Assembly (NCBI RefSeq): GCF_046119375.1
Contig: NW_027362767.1
Coordinates: 51,584,001 to 51,648,000, forward strand
Length of the DNA stretch: 64,000 bases
From: Phyllobates terribilis
Taxonomy: Eukaryota
Direction: 5' to 3'
The notes under the pieces are model-generated. The model worked only from the letters and a program-made list of their open reading frames with translations, was not told the origin of the DNA and did no database searches. Below, piece by piece: positions 36,515 through 64,000 of the stretch. Numbering within the stretch: the stretch's first letter is position 1; the number at the start of each line of letters is the position of its first letter. A program made the position numbers and the translations under genes.

Positions 36515-37779
36515 TTAACCCCTTAAGCCCCGAGGGTGGTTTGCACGTTAATGACCAGGCCAATTTTTACAATTCTGACCACTGTCACTTTATGAGGTAA
36601 TTACTCAGGAACGCTTCAACGGATCCCCCTGATTCTGAGACTGTTTTTTCGGGACATATTGTACTTCATGATTGTGGTAACATTTCTTTGATATCACTTG
36701 CGTTTATTTGTGAAAAAAACGGAAATTTGGCGAAAATGTTGAATATTTTGCAATTTTCAAAATTAAAATTTTTGTGCCCTTAAATCAGAGAGATAGGTCA
36801 CACAAAATAGTTAATAAATAACATTTCCCACATGTCTACTTTACATCAGCACAATTTTGGAACCAAAATTTTTTTGTTAGGGAGCTATAAGGGTTAAAAA
36901 TTGACAAGCAATTTCTCATTTTTCCAACAAAATTTACAAAACCATTTTTTTAGGGACCACATCACATTTGAAGTCACTTTGAGAGGTGTTCATGACAGAA
37001 AATACCCAAAAGTGACACCATTCTAGAAACTGCCCCCTCAAGGTGCTCAAAACCACATTCAAGAAGTTTATTAACCCTTCAGGTGCTTCACAGGAATTTT
37101 TGGAATGTGGAAGAAAAAAAATGAACATTTAACTTTTTTCACAAAAATGTTACTTTAGACCCAATTTTTTTTTATTTTCGCAGGGGTAACAAGAAAAAAT
37201 GGACCCCAAAATTTGTTGTGCAACTTCCCCTGGGCACGCAGATACCCAATATGTGGGGAAAAAACACTGTTTGGGCGCACGGCAGGGCTCGGAAGGGAAG
37301 GAGCGCCATTTGACTTTTTGACCGCTAATTATTCAAGCAAATTTTGCAGACGCCATGTTGTATTTGGAGAGCCCCTGTGTGCCCAAACATTGGAGCTCCC
37401 CCACAAGTGACCCCATTTTGGAAACTAGACCCCTCAAGGCACCTATCTAGATGCATAGTGAGCACTTAGAACCCCTAGGTGCTTCACAAATTGATTCGTA
37501 AAAATGAAAAAGTGGAAAAAAACAACACTTTGTTTTTTACGAATCACCTCCCCTTGCCCCCGCAATGGGAGTGCAGCATCGCGGGGGTTAATGTGCTGGG
37601 AGCGGTGCAGGACCGCTCCCTGCGGGTGTCAGCTGTGACAATCAGCTGACACCCGGCGGCGATCGCGCCCGCACAGCCTGTGCGCGCGCGCGATCGCCAT
37701 GACGTACTAATACGGGTCTGGCTCTTAAGTCCCAGGGCACAGATGCGTATTAGTACGTCAAATGTTGTTAAGGGGTTAA
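36515..37779 (+). mobile_element. non-autonomous piggyBac-like element, short copy
   Basis: TTAA at both ends, CCCCTTAA TIR; homologous to 18820-21760. Confidence 0.88.
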
Positions 37780-38324
37780 AGTCACTTCAAAAATGAAGCG
37801 GTGCCTGAAACAATAGGGCTTATAAATGGTGTTGGAAAAATTGCTACTCAACTTTTAAGCCTTCAAAATCATGCTGACAAAGTAGATTATATGGTAAATA
37901 TTAACTATTTTGTGGAGTATGACTATTTTCAAAGCATAAAACTTTAATGTTAGAAAATTGTTAATTAAAATGAGTGTAGGCTGAAATTACTGACCATCTA
38001 ATGTGCAAGGGAAATCCCAGCTCCCTCCCGTCTCCCCCTTAAGACATCATGAACCCGAATTGGGGTGTGGGAGAAGCCTGTTAACAGTTTCTTTAGCCAC
38101 CTGACTTCAAATTTCACATGGAAAAAATATTTCTCCCGACCCCCTTTAAGAGACTGACATACCTTTAAGTCCATTGGACTATTTTCAGCCAACCCCATCA
38201 TCAGCTGTGGCGGCCATGCAATATTTGATTAGCCGCTCTATTACTTATACGGCTGGATGTGTAATGAGATAAGAAAAAAATAAATCCACAGGACACAATA
38301 CATGTAACATGGGGTTGTGCGGTT

Positions 38325-38330
38325 TTTATT
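38325..38330 (-). terminator. PAPOLA: candidate distal PAPOLA polyadenylation signal AATAAA
   Basis: ~2.25 kb after the stop, with GU-rich TGTATTGTGTCCTGTGG downstream on the minus strand. Confidence 0.5.
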
Positions 38331-38793
38331 TTTTTTTGTGTTTTTTTTTTTTTTCTGTTTTCAATTGAGAAATACATCATCTGTTTACAAAATAGCTTCT
38401 GAAAAATACAAGGAGAACGGGTACTATAAAACAAAGCAAACTCCAGTCATGAGACAATACATACATCATGCGGAAGCAACAGTCTGATCTTCAGGATGGG
38501 AGAAACTAGAGAGAAAAGTTACAACACAGAAGGTGGGCAAACAAAAAAGAAGAAACCAGGCCAAACATTGTCCTGGGGAGAAGAAAAGAAATATACAAAC
38601 ATCTTAGGTTTCTAGAAAGCTGTGGAGGATGACTTGGGAGTGCGGGGGAGGGGGGCCGGATCCTGTAAACAAATGACTTATAACCTGGTGGCTGGCGTGA
38701 CTACAAGGAATAGACATTACCGGTCCTGTTGTGTGGCTTTTATATATAGATGGGCTGTTAAAATGTAGTATGAGCGGGAATTATTGCGTGGGC

Positions 38794-39170
38794 TTAAAGG
38801 GGTGGTCCTGGATTACCATGCTGCTGACTTGCACTTAGGATAGGACATCGATATCAGATCGGCGGGAGTCGATCACCTGGCGCCCCAAGTGATCAGCTGT
38901 TCCCAGGTCCTGTACCTGCCAGATATGCAGTGTATAGCACAGCACCATATAATGTGTAGTGGCTATTCTTGGGTACTACAAGAAAGGCAATACCCATAAA
39001 TGGCCACTACAAAGTGTGTGGCGCTGTGGAGCTCCAACTCTGTACAATGGACCTTCGGCTGCCATACGACCTTGTAACAGCCGGTAAGTGGGGGTCTGAG
39101 CCAAGGCACTCCACCAATCTGATCCTAAGGGTAACCTATCAATATGAAAAGTTCTGGACCATGCCTTTAA
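38794..39170. mobile_element. TTAA-target MITE in the putative PAPOLA 3'UTR
   Basis: TTAA-AGGGGTGGTCC...GGACCATGCCT-TTAA. Confidence 0.8.
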
Positions 39171-40573
39171 ATGGAAATACACCACCTGTGGCCAGATGTT
39201 GCTAAAGGCCAGAATCACATGCGTTTTGTAGACATAGACTTGTAAATCTGTCCATTATATATCCCATTAAATCGACTTCTGGCTCAAAAAAAACCCCAAA
39301 CCCAGCTTGTGAGATCCCAGCCTTAAGTGAGTTTTCCTGGGTAAGATTTTTTTTTCATCCCTGAAAAATTGCAGCACTGAAACAGAGATGCATTGCAATA
39401 CCACCCCACAACCACAAGTGGCGCTGTTCATTTTTGTCCTATTCTTGGAAACCCCTATTAAATGGACTGCAAATGATAACTCCAAAGCAAAGTACAGAGA
39501 AGAAAAACCGCATCGGAGTTGTGCCCCCCCCCCCCCCCAAGTCGTGCGCTGGCAATCGCACACCGCCCACCCCATGAAACCAAAAGTTTAAGAGTGTATT
39601 CAGACTTTCAACATTTCCATTGATTCATTCAACCTACCCACAGCAATGCTATAGATACCCCCTTTAGTCCCGCACCCCACCCAGCTTAGAGGACAAATCA
39701 CAGCTTCTCAAATGAGTTACAGTAGGAAAAAAAATAATGGTCGTCTTGTACATGAAAGTTTCTGCTGCACTTTCCAGCAGGACTAAAACTCACAAAAACC
39801 CAAAACCTGGAATTATCTAAGGATTCACACACTTTTACTGCTTTTGATGCAATGCCTCCCTGAACGTCTGTGTAAAGGTAGGGGAACTAAGATTATACGA
39901 CCAGAAATATTCGTGTTAAAAGGAAAATTAAAGGGACCCTCGCAATCGGCCTTCAGAACTCACACAAACGATATCCTAATGATATTACGACAAAACCATT
40001 AACGCTTCACTTTCATTTTCTTTATAAAAGTGGGGAAAGGGGAGCATGACATGTCCAGTGTTGGGATACAACATGCAAAAACAAAAAAGAAAAAAAAAAA
40101 GAAAATCTAGCACATGAATGAAACCGAAAAATACAATTAAAAAGAAACCCATCTAAAAGTTCCTCGCTACGGTTAAAAAAGAAAAAAAAACAAAAAAAAG
40201 TGCGTCTGCTGAGAGATTTCAGGCCAGATGTATTGTCGATTCTGCGAGAGATACATGAACTATGGTGGAGTACGGATACAGTTATCAGTCAACTGTGAGG
40301 TTCTCCCAAGATATCAGTCCTTTTGGGTAAATCATTATGGAACAGACGGCAACCAGTTACCAGTGCGTCACCAGTCATCGTACTAACCTGGACTTCCAGA
40401 TCGGTGCTTACAGGCCAATACAATTATCTACATTTTTTTTATATTATTATTATTTTTTTTTTAAAGTAACATCACGTCCTCTTCTTCTCCAGCACTTCCA
40501 GGAGACCACTGTTCATCTGGCGGAGAGATTGTTTATGGACCCTGAGGTACTAAGACTGAGGGGAGGGGGAGTT

Positions 40574-62853
<22,280 letters not shown>

Positions 62854-63189
62854 GGTGACCTCACTCCTCCCGCCGCCGCCCACCGACTCTGGGCATGAGG
62901 AAGCCGGAATCCGCCACAACAAACCCGGCTTCGGAGGACAACAATGAGCGACCGGAACCTGCCGCCTAAACGCTTCCCGTCTGTCCCAACATGGCGCCCG
63001 TCGCTACCACAGCAACGTTCTGGATGGCGTCAACGTCGTGACGACTGTGCGTCCTCAGCATGACCACGCCCACGACTGGTTCCAGGCATCATGGGAAATG
63101 TAGTTCTTTGCGCAGCAGCGACACCTGCCGCCACCTGCTGGAATTACCTTTCTTTACTGTCTGATTTTCACTGAGTGGGAGAAGTTTAG

Positions 63190-63190
<1 letters not shown>

Positions 63191-63221
<31 letters not shown>

Positions 63222-64000
63222 TATTATTATAGCGCCATTTATTCCATGGCGCTTTACATGTGATAGGGATATACATAACAAAAGCATTTACATAATCTTA
63301 ACAAAACGAGTCAGCGACTGGTACAGGAGGAGCGAGGACCCTGCCCGCGAGGGCTCACAATCTACGAGGGATGGGTGAGGATACAGTAGGTGAGGGTAGA
63401 GCTGGTCGTGCAGTGGTGTTTACTGCAGGTTGTAGGCTTGTCGGAAGAGGTGGGTCTTCAGGTTCCTTTTGAAGGTTTCCACGGTCGGCGAGAGTCTGAT
63501 ATGTTGGGGTAGAGAGTTCCAGAGTAGGGGGGAAGCACGGGAGAAATCTTGTATGTGATTGTGGGAGGAGGAGATAAGAGGGGAGTAGAGCAGGAGATCT
63601 TGTGAGGATCGGAGGTTGCGTGCAGGTAAGTACTGGGAGACTAGGTCACAGATGTATGGGGGAGACAGGTTGTGGATGTCTTTGTATGCCATGGTTAGAG
63701 TTTTGAACTGAATTCTCTGGGCAATAGGGAGCCAGTGAAGGGATTGACAGAGAGGAGAGGCCGGGGAATAGCGGGGGGACAGGTGGATTAGTCGAGCAGC
63801 AGAGTTTAGGATAGATTGGAGAGGTGCAAGAGTGTTGGAAGGGATGCCACGGAGCAGGAGGTTGCAGTAGTCGAGGCGGGATATGATGAGGGCATGCACT
63901 AGTGTTTTTGCAGAGTCTTTGCTGAGGAATGCACGGATCCGGGAGATGTTTTTGAGTTGGAGTCGGCAGGAGGTGGAAAGGGCTTGAATATGTGGCTTGA
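63191..64000 (-). mobile_element. L2-clade LINE, 3' end of ORF2 plus 3'UTR and (TAA)n tail; continues beyond the window
   Basis: Frame is open from the window edge to 63420: ...KTLVHALIISRLDYCN...LHWLPI...FSRASPLLWNSLP...FKRNLKTHLF. 3' stem-loop GCGCCAT-GGAATAA-ATGGCGC and TAA repeats at 63191-63230. Confidence 0.93.

Overview
Vertebrate genomic DNA, almost certainly a frog and probably a hyloid (inferred from repeat content and protein divergence; the species cannot be identified from the window). Four protein-coding genes were reconstructed exon by exon from splice signals: the 5' end of MGAT2 (-, CDS 315->1, runs off the window and is absent from the ORF track), LRR1 (-, 4 exons, 422 aa, with a GC-AG first intron), RPS29 (+, 3 exons, 56 aa, 5'TOP) and a complete PAPOLA (-, 22 exons, 731 aa). 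The rest is a dense mosaic of repeats: an ~86-bp tandem repeat in three arrays, Tc1/mariner and piggyBac fossils, TTAA-, TWA-, TA- and 8-bp-target MITEs, a V-SINE, an L2 LINE and Penelope-like relics. Most interesting: (1) two satellite arrays are bracketed by apparent target-site duplications, so the satellite may be mobile; (2) short Penelope-type insertions carry decayed hammerhead ribozymes, and one insertion ends exactly at the GUC cleavage triplet; (3) PAPOLA intron 12 has signals for a truncated PAP-III-like isoform. No databases or tools were used. Family names come from recognising motifs and need alignment to confirm. No previously undescribed protein-coding system was found.
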